Positions 28,101 to 36,401 are shown, counted from the first letter of the stretch. The stretch: DNA of 49,835 nt from an uncultured Planctomycetia bacterium (GCA_964478085.1 CAYZGY010000001.1:1-49835), one strand, 5' to 3'. Notes: generated from the sequence alone by a model not told the origin. Program-made: numbers and translations.

Positions 28101-29505
28101 AGGTCTGCGCGCCGGCACTGCAGTCGCTGAGGAGGTCGACGAGGTCGTCGTTCGGCGAGGTCGGCTCGTCGTTCGTCGGGTCGAAGCCATCCTCTTCGCC
28201 ACCTTGTGCGACGAACGTCTTGGGATCGTCACAGACCTTCATGTTTCCGAACGTGACCTTCGAGTGAATCTGACCAGGGACCCAGTTGAGGTTGTACGAG
28301 CCGGTCGAAGGAGCGGTCTGCACCCAACCGGCCTGCGAGCCTTCCCAGATGTTGTAGGTGCCCGCGAGAGTCGCCTGGTAGCTCCAGTAGCCGTTGGCGT
28401 CCGTGAGGACCGAGACGCCGAGGTTGTTCGGCGGAACGATGTTGATGACCCAGCCAGCGACCGGCTGCTCGCCACTGTCCCAGACGCCATTGCCGTTCGC
28501 GTCCTCGAACTTGTGACCGCTGAACTCCGGACGGCAACAGTAGGTGACCGTCAGCTCCATGTAATCGACCGCGGTGTCGTCCTGCACGAAGACGTCGAGC
28601 GAGCCCGACTGGAGCGCCGAGATCATGTTGACCGTCGTCGATCCGGGACCGGGGAGCGCTGCGAGATTGAGAGTGATCGTCTGGTCGCTTCCGGCGGTCC
28701 AGGGGCTACCGACGAGCGAGCCGATGTTCTTGCCCCACGAGGTGTTTCCGTTGCTACCGAGCGAAAGCGTGTCGTTGTGCGAGAGACCGAAGCAGCCGTG
28801 GTTCGCACGCATACGGATCGTCAGACGAGCACCGAGGACGTAGCAGTCGCGCGGCTTGATGTTCGTAAACGTGTGGCCGAAGCAGGTGTCGCACTTCGGG
28901 TTGTCGAAGTCGCTCCAACGACCTTCGCAGCCGGGGCGCGCTTGCTGCATCGCGCTTCCCGGGCTCGCCGGCTCGTTGTTGCCAAGGGCGAAGTTGTCGT
29001 TGGCGCCGGCCTTGTGCGTCTTCTGCTCGCGATGCTGTCGCGGACACTTCACCGCAATCGCGAAGTCGAGGGCCGTGAACTTGCGGCCTTCGACGAGGTG
29101 AACCGAGTGGCCACCCGTGGGGGGCGAGATCGGCACGCCCTCGGTGTCCTGACCGACCTGCACGTAGTAGGTCTCGTCGAGCTCGAGGCCGTCGAACTGG
29201 AAATGGCCACGCTCGTCGGTGACTGTCGTGCGTGTGTCGAGCGGCGAGTGGGCCTCGACGAGAACGCTGCAGAGCATCGCTTCGCCGACGTCGACCTGTC
29301 CGTTGCCGTTCACGTCGTCGAAGATTTTACCGGAGATCGATCCGCCCCTCGGTTCGGCGGGATCAGGATCAGCAGGGTCTACCGGGTCGACGCCGTCCTG
29401 TGCGAAGGTCAGGACGCTCGCCGTGAAGAGGAAGAGAAGAGTCCAGATACAGCAGCGCGTCGTGCGCAAGCTGACGAGGTCAGAGGGGCTCTTGGGGCGG
29501 GACAT
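25114..29505 (-). CDS. Giant secreted protein: SdrD-B/Cna-B-like units alternating with an unassigned Cys-rich module (x4), Ig-like domains, and a C-terminal dockerin-like module
   Basis: - The track ORF extends to 29586.
- ATG at 29505 is preceded by AAGGAG and gives MSRPKSPSDLVSLRTTRCCIWTLLFLFTASVLTFAQ, a signal peptide.
- SdrD-B-like motifs: GKIFDDVNGNGQVDVGE, GHKFEDANGNGVWDSGE, GVKFNDLDGDGVQDSDE, GQKFEDVNGNGIKDGSE.
- Tail: FIRGDANGDG...PDCGKDLEG at 25114-25347. Confidence 0.9.
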   Translation of the reverse strand: MSRPKSPSDLVSLRTTRCCIWTLLFLFTASVLTFAQDGVDPVDPADPDPAEPRGGSISGKIFDDVNGNGQVDVGEAMLCSVLVEAHSPLDTRTTVTDERGHFQFDGLELDETYYVQVGQDTEGVPISPPTGGHSVHLVEGRKFTALDFAIAVKCPRQHREQKTHKAGANDNFALGNNEPASPGSAMQQARPGCEGRWSDFDNPKCDTCFGHTFTNIKPRDCYVLGARLTIRMRANHGCFGLSHNDTLSLGSNGNTSWGKNIGSLVGSPWTAGSDQTITLNLAALPGPGSTTVNMISALQSGSLDVFVQDDTAVDYMELTVTYCCRPEFSGHKFEDANGNGVWDSGEQPVAGWVINIVPPNNLGVSVLTDANGYWSYQATLAGTYNIWEGSQAGWVQTAPSTGSYNLNWVPGQIHSKVTFGNMKVCDDPKTFVAQGGEEDGFDPTNDEPTSPNDDLVDLLSDCSAGAQTSFDTPDVCNRCFGHTLSVPLDPSCRVVGGRLTIRVRGHGCLSGNDGIGFIEGSGAVWYQSLANLSTSSTWGVGSDETFVLDLANLPASGAGVTNVLSHVQDGSLSVYIQDDSSVDFARLELDVCCPCLPGTICGVKFNDLDGDGVQDSDEPGLPGWEIDLVGPTQAYRVVTDAEGRYCIEVEPGVYTVAEIQQAGWVQTYPTTVTHTIDVCGSLESENVYIADFGNVERCEEPIHSACLVGLEDEFDTTNEEPNAQPSPALLAVMQNCSNGPRLAFDDLTSNRCFGHTFKRCWEKGCVVVAARLIISLRAGQDPLCYNDTISFGDDGSFSWSGKIAALAGGSWNPGDSAVLTLDLANLPPSGTAGITNVLALLQDGDLDVFIQDDTGVDFMILETEVCCFTSITGQKFEDVNGNGIKDGSENGIPGWAIELRDSSGTVVATTSTDASGNYSFSGLAPANYVVNEVQSPGWTQTAPGSVTQPVSTYGNVSVGGVDFGNKKGCEGEMRQERCEVGEPDDFDTSTPEFLDPDPALLAHMQTISGGALTQLDVLPGDRAVGHTFRECWEDDCCVVKAQLCMRIRASQSSLAHNDTIQLFDGATPVWGARIASIVGAWGAHSDAEICLDLGNLPADKWGTTSVLASLQDGDLGVMIQDDTGIDWMTLELELCCPCVDDTGIVSTTWEAPCCNGKATIAVQIHNPTGTPQNYAWDINSLPAGYCDLPGPVGFSPSNGTMTVNPGDTGIAYVSVDCSNIHEEGASCFEVNAYNLETGCHVVSEMSTGDGYGSIGSVIHSNEIKAIPVDLVLQQEIGTPIRPGFMLENHTDKALVVDVVIEAMPPFGKNNISLDGLPPGEPVVRTVKLPPGSNDNNVEVEALVLDHEPFVFYDIILRIDNNGDGDPEPVASTAVELRSPEGDEGTDFIRGDANGDGGFDLGDSIFTLNHLFLGHQAPPCRVSADTNGDNTLDLGDAIAGLGYLFRGGAAPPAPFPDCGKDLEG
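26092..29001 (-). repeat. Four protein-level super-repeats with a period of about 272 aa; the Cys-rich units lie at about 28531-29001, 27721-28197, 26905-27378 and 26092-26562
   Basis: The four copies align by eye. Shared motifs are C-x2-CFGHTF (copy 4 has VGHTF), C-x-V-x2-A-x-L-x-I-R, NDT, (L/N)L(A/G)(N/A)LP, LQ(D/S)G-x-L-x-V-x-IQDD(T/S)-x-(V/I)D, and a terminal CC. Confidence 0.85.
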
Positions 29506-29701
29506 GGGTGACTCCTTGAGGCTTTGCGGTTGGGGGGGACGTCGTGTTGGTCGCCTGCGGTCCGGCCGGGCCCGTCTCGCGACCAAGGAGCCAGTGTGTC
29601 GGGAGTCCGGGAGATAACGGTGGAGTGGGAAAAAAGGCGGGAATTCCTCGGCGGCGCCCGAAAGCGTGAAAATAGCGGGGTTTCGGAGGGTTCAACGAAC
29701 G

Positions 29702-30355
29702 CTAATCGCGCTCGAGCTCCTCGAAAATCGACCCCGGAAGCTTGTCCCGCAGCTTCTGAAGCGCCCGCTGATACTGGACCGCGAGCACCTTCGGGTCTCG
29801 CTGGAGAACCACCCCGATCTCCTTGTAAGACTGCCCCTCGATCCCGCGGAGAATGACGATCTCGCGGTCCTTCTCCTCGAGCTTCTCGAGGAGTCCGTGC
29901 GCCGTGTCGCCGGCTTCCTGGCGGACGAGCCGGCTGACGACGCCCGTGCGCTCGTCGGCGAGGCGGTCGACGGGGTCCGACGATGTGGTATCGCCGGGAC
30001 GACCTCCCCCGCCCTCGCGCTTCGGCTTGCCCCGAATGTGCTTCTCGACGAGGTTGTTGACGCGGTAGACGAGCGTCGTCGAGAGGAACTTGAGAAGCAC
30101 GGGAGTGTAGCGCTCGTCCCGAGCCGGTAGCTCGGGCAGCTTGGGAAGCGCGACGAGCCAGACGTCGTTGACGAGATCTTCGGGGTCGTAGAGCCCCCCG
30201 AGCACCTTTCCGAGACGGTAGCGAGCGTTGGCGAGCAGCATGGGAGAGAGCCGCTCGACCACCCAAGACAGACTGCTCGTATCGCCCTTTCGCGCCCGTC
30301 GGACGTGAAAAGACGTCAGAGCCTCGCGATCTTCGGGCGAACTGTCGGCTGTCAT
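29702..30355 (-). CDS. ECF-type RNA polymerase sigma-70 factor
   Basis: 217-aa ORF. Region 2 reads DLVNDVWLVALPKL and region 4 reads EIVILRGIEGQSYKEIGVVLQRDPKVLAVQYQRALQKLR. No anti-sigma-like ORF lies adjacent. Confidence 0.9.
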   Translation of the reverse strand: MTADSSPEDREALTSFHVRRARKGDTSSLSWVVERLSPMLLANARYRLGKVLGGLYDPEDLVNDVWLVALPKLPELPARDERYTPVLLKFLSTTLVYRVNNLVEKHIRGKPKREGGGGRPGDTTSSDPVDRLADERTGVVSRLVRQEAGDTAHGLLEKLEEKDREIVILRGIEGQSYKEIGVVLQRDPKVLAVQYQRALQKLRDKLPGSIFEELERD

Positions 30356-30440
30356 CTCAATCTCCCGAAAAGTTCGTTATAGAATACCGTCCGGACCTAC
30401 TGCAGAGAAGAGACCGACCGAAACCGAGCGTCGACGATCG

Positions 30441-33400
30441 ATGACCGACCCGCGCGACCAAGAATCACCAGGCGTAGCGAACGCGTTCCTCCAGCTCTTC
30501 CTGGAAGATCGCGCCGCGGGTCGCGATCGGCCGCTCAAGGAGTACCAGCAGCGCTTTCCGGGCTTCGAGACCCTCATCGCCCGAGAGTTCGAGCGGCTGA
30601 GCTCCGCGGTGGGCCCACGGTCCGCATCCGACACCTCGCACGACGCGATGAGCTACGCGTCCCCCGGTGTCGCCGTCCCCGAGATTCCCCACGAGTCGAT
30701 CGGCCCGTACAAGCTGCTCTCCGTTCTCGGCGAGGGCGGCATGGGCGTCGTCTACCTCGCGTCCCAGAAAGAGCCGATCGAGCGGCGCGTTGCGCTCAAG
30801 CTCGTCAAGCTCGGCATGGACACGCGCGAGGTGCTCGCGCGGTTCGAGAGTGAGCGCCAGGCCCTGGCGCTGATGAACCACACGAACATCGCGAAGGTGC
30901 TCGACGCGGGGACGGCGCCGGACGGCCGTCCTTTCTTCGTCATGGAGCTCGTCCAGGGCGTCCCGGTGACGAAGTTCTGCGATCAGCAGCAGCTTCGGAC
31001 GCGCGATCGTCTCGAGCTGTTCACCCAGATCTGCGAAGGCGTTCAGCACGCGCATCAAAAAGGCATCGTCCACCGCGACCTCAAGCCCTCGAACGTCCTC
31101 GTGACCTTCGACGGCGATCGTCGCGTCGTCAAGATCATCGACTTCGGCGTCGCGCGGTCGCTCAATCAGCGACTCACCGAACGAACCGTCTTCACGCAGT
31201 ACGGTCAGATCGTCGGCACGCCCGAGTACATGAGTCCCGAGCAAGCGACGATGGACGCGACCGACGTCGACACGCGCACGGACATCTACTCGCTCGGCGT
31301 CCTTCTCTACGAGCTCATCGCCGGCGCGCTCCCCTTCGACTCGAAGACGCTGCGCAGCGCGGGCTACGAGGAGATCCAACGCAAGATCCGTGAGGTCGAG
31401 CCGCCGAAGCCGAGCACGAAGCTCAGCAGCATGGGCGAAGATTCGTCCGTGGTCGCCCAGCGACATGGAACGGCGATTCGATCGCTCGTTCGCGAAGTTT
31501 CCGGTGATCTCGACTGGATCACGATGAAGGCGCTCGACAAGGATCGCACGCGACGATACTCGAGCGCGTCGGAGCTCGCTGCAGACGTTTGGCGTCACCT
31601 CAGGGAGGAGCCGGTACTCGCGGGGCCGCCATCGGTCTCGTATCGATGTCGCAAGTTCGTCAGGCGGCATCGGCGAAATCTTGTCACCGCGGCATTCGCG
31701 CTCGTGGCGATCGCGGCGACCACGTCTATCGTCTGGCGCAACTCGAAGATCGAGGCCGAGAGAGTTCAACGCGAAGAGACGGAATCGCTCATCGCACAAG
31801 GAACGGAAGTCCTCGCGGCCTACCGAGTGCTCGTCCGCGACACGATCCCCGAGCATGCCGACGCGACCGAGGTTCTCGTCCATGAACGCCGCTCGAACAA
31901 GCTCACTTGGTACCCACCCTGGCATCCCGAAGAGCAACGGCGACTCGGACGACATCGTGCACGCGAGAAGCTCGAGGCGGACGCGGACGCGAAGTTCTCG
32001 TCAGCGACAGGCCTTCTCAACGCGGCAATCACGCGGGCTCCGGACGACACGCTCCGTGCCGACGCGAACGCGGCGCTCGCCGAGCTCATCCAGCTGCGAT
32101 TCGAGCAGGCGACCACGCGCTCGTTCGACGGAGTCGGCACGGCGAAGCAAGCACGGGCTTTCTTTGTCGAGGAAGGCGAGGTCACCTCCCCAGACGCGAT
32201 TCCGATCCGAACGACGCCGATCGGCGCGGAAGTCCTTCTCTTTCGCTTCGTCGAGAGCGAGAACCGTCTCGTCCCGATCCCGTTCCACCCGAGCGCGGAC
32301 GCGTCCAAGACGGAGAGCGAGCTTCTCGAACGGATGATTCTCCGTGTCGAGCATGTCACGTCCTTGGTGTTGCTCTTGTACCTGTTGGCGGGCTACGCTA
32401 AGCGGAACGGCGGCGACCGCGTCACGAAGGTGAGTCGACGCTCGGTCAACTCTCGGACGCAGGTCGCCGAGGCCTTGCGAACCGTTCGCGTCGATCAGTC
32501 TGTGCCGATCGAGATCGAGCGCGACGGCACGACACTCGCTCTTTCGTGGACCCCCTTTCCGACGCGCGAGGACGAAGACGATTCCAACCCGCTCCGCTGG
32601 GCCGAAACGTGGAACGAGGGCGAGGTCGTCAACTTCCGCGTCCAGTTCGGCTTCATCTTCGAGGGCTCCCCGATCGAGCTGAGCGACGGGAATCGACTCG
32701 GCGAGACGCCGTTGCCCCCGCAGCATCTATCGGTCGGCAGCTACCTGCTCGTCTTTCGGCTCGACGGGCACGTCACGGCGCGTGTCCCGCTCTCGCTTCC
32801 GGGGCCTTCGTCCGAGATCGAAGTGAATCTCGTCACCGAGCTTCCCGAGAACTTCGTCCACGTCCCCGCGGGTCCGGCGGAGCTCGGCGGCTTCGACTCG
32901 GGTTTTCGCCAACAGATTCCGCACGAAGTTCGCGAGGTGCCCGCCTTCGCGATGGATCGGTGCGAGGTGACGCTCGGTGAGTACCTCGAGTTCCTCAACG
33001 ATCCCGAGGTGCGCGCGCGAATCGACGAGAAGGGAAGAGCGGGGCCCGCGGCCAACTGGGATCACCCGCAGTGGCGCCACGCCAAGCCGGAGGAGGACGA
33101 GCGCATCCTGCTCGTCCCATCTTCGCGAAGCCAGCTCAGGCTCGTCCGAAGTGACGACGGATCCTGGGGTGTCGGTGAGAATGACTTCCCTCTCGACTGG
33201 CCCGTCTTCGGCGTCTCGATGCGAGCAGCGGTCGAGTACGCGCACTGGCGCACGCAACAGAGCCAAGCCGATGCGGCCGCGAACGGAACACGCAGCTGGA
33301 CCTTCCGCATCCCGACCGACGACGAGTGGGAAAAAGCAGCACGCGGTGCCGACGGTCGACGCTACGTCTGGGGAAACCGCCTCGTCTGGAGCTACGCGCG

Positions 33401-33665
33401 CTGGGCGCTCAGCGCGACAAAAACGAACAATCGCCCCGACGCGATCGGCGTCTGTCCCATGGACGAGAGCGTCTACGGCATCCGCGACCTCGCCGGATCG
33501 ATGGACGAGCCGAGCAGCGGCCGCACCATCCCCACCCACGCCGCCTACCGCGGCGCCAATTGGTGGACCTCCGACCTCTACCGCGCCGAAGCCGCCACTC
33601 GATTCGGTGCGCGACCGGACCACGCGGACTTCGACCAGGGCATCCGGCTGGTGGTCGGGCTTTGA
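30441..33665 (+). CDS. Membrane Ser/Thr protein kinase with an extracytoplasmic FGE-sulfatase (SUMF1-like) domain
   Basis: 1074-aa ORF.
- Kinase motifs: LGEGGMGVVYLA, VALKLVK, HRDLKPSNVLV, DFGVAR, GTPEYMSPEQ.
- A single TM segment: LVTAAFALVAIAATTSIVW.
- C-terminal FVHVPAGPAELGG...FAMDRCEVTLGEYLEFL...FRIPTDDEWEKAARG...GIRDLAGSMDE...YRGANWW...QGIRLVV is FGE-sulfatase type. Confidence 0.92.
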   Translation: MTDPRDQESPGVANAFLQLFLEDRAAGRDRPLKEYQQRFPGFETLIAREFERLSSAVGPRSASDTSHDAMSYASPGVAVPEIPHESIGPYKLLSVLGEGGMGVVYLASQKEPIERRVALKLVKLGMDTREVLARFESERQALALMNHTNIAKVLDAGTAPDGRPFFVMELVQGVPVTKFCDQQQLRTRDRLELFTQICEGVQHAHQKGIVHRDLKPSNVLVTFDGDRRVVKIIDFGVARSLNQRLTERTVFTQYGQIVGTPEYMSPEQATMDATDVDTRTDIYSLGVLLYELIAGALPFDSKTLRSAGYEEIQRKIREVEPPKPSTKLSSMGEDSSVVAQRHGTAIRSLVREVSGDLDWITMKALDKDRTRRYSSASELAADVWRHLREEPVLAGPPSVSYRCRKFVRRHRRNLVTAAFALVAIAATTSIVWRNSKIEAERVQREETESLIAQGTEVLAAYRVLVRDTIPEHADATEVLVHERRSNKLTWYPPWHPEEQRRLGRHRAREKLEADADAKFSSATGLLNAAITRAPDDTLRADANAALAELIQLRFEQATTRSFDGVGTAKQARAFFVEEGEVTSPDAIPIRTTPIGAEVLLFRFVESENRLVPIPFHPSADASKTESELLERMILRVEHVTSLVLLLYLLAGYAKRNGGDRVTKVSRRSVNSRTQVAEALRTVRVDQSVPIEIERDGTTLALSWTPFPTREDEDDSNPLRWAETWNEGEVVNFRVQFGFIFEGSPIELSDGNRLGETPLPPQHLSVGSYLLVFRLDGHVTARVPLSLPGPSSEIEVNLVTELPENFVHVPAGPAELGGFDSGFRQQIPHEVREVPAFAMDRCEVTLGEYLEFLNDPEVRARIDEKGRAGPAANWDHPQWRHAKPEEDERILLVPSSRSQLRLVRSDDGSWGVGENDFPLDWPVFGVSMRAAVEYAHWRTQQSQADAAANGTRSWTFRIPTDDEWEKAARGADGRRYVWGNRLVWSYARWALSATKTNNRPDAIGVCPMDESVYGIRDLAGSMDEPSSGRTIPTHAAYRGANWWTSDLYRAEAATRFGARPDHADFDQGIRLVVGL

Positions 33666-33772
33666 GCGATAGGCCACTCGAGTGGCGGGCATGAGAGACG
33701 CGCGCCAAGATGCAATCTGCCGGTTGCATCCACCCCGACCGAGTCCGTCCAAAGTTCACGAACGGGCAGCGG

Positions 33773-34312
33773 ATGAAAGCCACCTCTCTAGCTGCCGAAC
33801 AGCGCGTGATCCTGCATGGGATCAGCTGGTCGACGTTCGAGCGTTTGCTCGCCGAACGTGGTGATCAAGGAGGGTCTCGAGTCGCCTATGACGGAGACGT
33901 CCTCGAAATCATGTCACCGGCACAAGAGCACGAGCGAGGCACGGAGCCTGACGCCGGCTTCTACGTCACACACGCCCCTGAAATTCGGGAAAACCGCACC
34001 TACGATCCGGTCTTTCATCCGCCACAGGATCTTGTCATCGAGGTCGACATCACCCGAAGCTCGATCAATAAGAAGCGCCTCTACGCGGAACTCGGTGTCC
34101 CCGAGTTTTGGCGAACGGACGGCGAGCGCGTCGAGATCTACGAACTCGGAGACGACGACGCTTACGAGCTCGGAGCGCGAAGTCCACTTCTCCCGATTCT
34201 CACGGTCGAGCGGCTCGAGCAGTCTCTTTCACGCGTGTTCGAGCGTGACGAGAACGCGCTCATCCTCAATCTTCGAGAATCGCTCTCGTCGTGGCGAAAC
34301 GAAGAGCGCTAA
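33773..34312 (+). CDS. Uma2-family (DUF820) putative endonuclease, apparently lacking about 40 internal residues
   Basis: MKATSLAAEQRVILHGISWSTFERLLAERGD..RVAYDGDVLEIMSPAQEHER joins directly to GTEPDAGFYV...PPQDLVIEVDITRSS..KKRLYAELGVPEFWRTDGERVEIYEL. In family members I recall, about 35-45 residues separate the HE and EPD motifs. Confidence 0.65.
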   Translation: MKATSLAAEQRVILHGISWSTFERLLAERGDQGGSRVAYDGDVLEIMSPAQEHERGTEPDAGFYVTHAPEIRENRTYDPVFHPPQDLVIEVDITRSSINKKRLYAELGVPEFWRTDGERVEIYELGDDDAYELGARSPLLPILTVERLEQSLSRVFERDENALILNLRESLSSWRNEER

Positions 34313-34343
34313 CACGAGCTCTTCATGCGTGTGGACGCGCCGA

Positions 34344-34940
34344 TCATTTCTCCGCGCCGAAGCAAGTCGTGATGTCGAAGTAGATCTTCGTCTTCGTGCC
34401 GTCGGGAGCCCGGAGGTGGATCTCATCGTACTTGCGCTCCTTCGAGAGCAACGCCTGGCCCGTCTTTTGATGGCTCGCCCAGTGCTTGTCGAGATACACG
34501 CGCTGGGCCGCGACCGCTCCGGCTGATCCGTTGGCGCCGTTGATGACGATCGCCTTGTCGATCGACGCGCCGCTGCCGCCTGTGAAGGTGACTCCGTCGG
34601 GCCCCTTCTCCGCTTTCGAGAGGCTCCGGAACGCTGCGAGCGGGTTCTTCATGTCGATGCGCGACTGTTCCATGACCGCGAGAATGCGCTCGACCTCGTC
34701 GTCGTTCTTCGCCTTGCGCGCACTGCGCAGGGCCGACGCGAGCTGCTTGACGTGCTTGTCGAGGACGACTCGCATCTTCTTTTCGACGTCGGCCTCGATC
34801 TTGGCAACGGAGGTCCGGTAGATCTTCTCGACGGCCTTCGCTCGCCGCGTCTCGAAGGAGGCGCCGTCGCCGGAGAGACTCGAGACGGAAAGAAGCGCTA
34901 CGCCGAGGAGAGTGACGATCTTGCGTCGATCGAGCTTCAT
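34344..34940 (-). CDS. Secreted hypothetical protein, third gene of the PSD/DUF1501 transcription unit
   Basis: 198-aa ORF with a strong GAAGGAG about 8 nt upstream of the ATG. The signal peptide is MKLDRRKIVTLLGVALLSVSSLSG. I recognised no family. Confidence 0.7.
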   Translation of the reverse strand: MKLDRRKIVTLLGVALLSVSSLSGDGASFETRRAKAVEKIYRTSVAKIEADVEKKMRVVLDKHVKQLASALRSARKAKNDDEVERILAVMEQSRIDMKNPLAAFRSLSKAEKGPDGVTFTGGSGASIDKAIVINGANGSAGAVAAQRVYLDKHWASHQKTGQALLSKERKYDEIHLRAPDGTKTKIYFDITTCFGAEK

Positions 34941-34971
34941 CGGGGGAGCTCCTTCGTTCGGTGAAAGTGAG

Positions 34972-36396
34972 CTATGCCAGGATGTCGTGCACCACGTTTC
35001 CGTGCACGTCCGTCAGTCGGAACTCTCGTCCGCGGAACCTGTACGTCAGCTTCTTGTGGTCGATGCCGAGGAGGTGGAGCAGCGTCGCGTGCAGGTCGTG
35101 GACGTGGACGACGTTCTCGACGGACGCGTAACCGAGTTCGTCGGTCGCTCCGTACGTGATCCCGCTCTTCACGCCACCACCCGCGAGCCACATCGTGAAC
35201 CCCTGGATGTGGTGATCGCGACCCGAGCCCTGCGCCATCGGCGTGCGGCCGAACTCTCCGCCCCAGATCACGAGCGTATCGTCGAGCATGCCGCGCTGCT
35301 TGAGATCCTTGATGAGCGCCGTCGTGCCGCGGTCGACGTGCTCGGCGGTCTTCACGATGCCGGGCTTGATTCCGCTGTGGTGATCCCAGCCGCGGTGATA
35401 GAGCTGGATAAACCTCACGCCACGCTCGGCGAGTCGTCTCGCGAGGAGACAGTTGCCGGCGAACGTGCCGTCAGCGCCCTTCGTGCCGTACATATCGAGA
35501 GTCGCCTGGCTCTCGTCGGAGAGATCCATCAAGTCCGGCACACTCGCCTGCATCTTGAAGGCCAGCTCGTACTGGCTGATGCGCGCGGCGATCTCGGGAT
35601 CGTTGACGACCGCGTTTCGTTCTCGGTTGAGCTTCTGAACGGCGTCGATGACATCTCGCTGGTCCTTCTTCGCGACACCGGCTGGATTCTTCAGGTAGAG
35701 AACGGCATCTCCCGACGAGTGGAAGTGAACGCCTTGGTGCTCCCCCGGAAGGAACCCGCTGTGCCACTGACGCGACGAGATCGGCTGGCTTTGGCCACCG
35801 CCGAGCGACGTCATGACGATGAAGCCGGGCAAATTCGCCCCCTCGCTGCCGAGACCGTAGAGCAACCACGATCCCATCGCCGGACGACCGCTGATCGTCG
35901 TCCCCGTGTTCATGAACGTGTGCGCGGGGTCGTGGTTGATCGCCTCGGTCTTCATCGAGCGAACGATACAGATGTCGTCCGCGATCTCCTGCATGTGCGG
36001 GAGGACGCTGCTGATCTGCTGACCCGACTGCCCGTAGCGCGCGAACGGGTACTGCGGCGGCATGCACGTGAGCTTCTTGCCCTGCAGCTGCGCGATCGGC
36101 TTGCCCTTCGTGTACGACGCCGGCATCGGCTTGCCGGCGAGCTCGGCGAGCTTCGGCTTGGCGTCGAAGGTCTCGAGGTGAGACGGACCACCGCCCATGC
36201 ATAAAAAGATGACGCGCTGCGCACGCGGCTGAAAATGGAGCGGCGTGACGACTCCAGCCGCCGAGGCGACCGACCTCGAAGTCACAGACTCGGAGAGCAT
36301 CGTTGCCAACGCAGCGATTCCGACTCCACCTGCGGCCCCGCGCAAGAAAGCTCGGCGCGAAGAGTGAAGCTGTGCGTTTTCGTGAGTCAGGTTCAT
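34972..36396 (-). CDS. DUF1501 (sulfatase-like) protein with a Tat-type signal
   Basis: ATG at 36396 lies 5 nt after the stop of the upstream gene and gives MNLTHENAQLHSSRRAFLRGAAGGVG (twin-arginine). A conserved ...VIWGGEFGRTP... motif is present. The 127 codons upstream in the track ORF overlap the preceding gene and are rejected. Confidence 0.92.
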   Translation of the reverse strand: MNLTHENAQLHSSRRAFLRGAAGGVGIAALATMLSESVTSRSVASAAGVVTPLHFQPRAQRVIFLCMGGGPSHLETFDAKPKLAELAGKPMPASYTKGKPIAQLQGKKLTCMPPQYPFARYGQSGQQISSVLPHMQEIADDICIVRSMKTEAINHDPAHTFMNTGTTISGRPAMGSWLLYGLGSEGANLPGFIVMTSLGGGQSQPISSRQWHSGFLPGEHQGVHFHSSGDAVLYLKNPAGVAKKDQRDVIDAVQKLNRERNAVVNDPEIAARISQYELAFKMQASVPDLMDLSDESQATLDMYGTKGADGTFAGNCLLARRLAERGVRFIQLYHRGWDHHSGIKPGIVKTAEHVDRGTTALIKDLKQRGMLDDTLVIWGGEFGRTPMAQGSGRDHHIQGFTMWLAGGGVKSGITYGATDELGYASVENVVHVHDLHATLLHLLGIDHKKLTYRFRGREFRLTDVHGNVVHDILA

Positions 36397-36401
36397 CGAT
36401 C

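Noticed and set aside
29506-29701. An ECF-type promoter (GAAC...CGTC) or a terminator in the spacer between the sigma gene and the giant gene.
   Set aside because: A TGAACC lies just after the sigma stop, and there is a T6 tract. I could not place a convincing -10 element at 16-17 nt spacing, nor a stable stem before the T tract. The call would be guesswork without TSS data.
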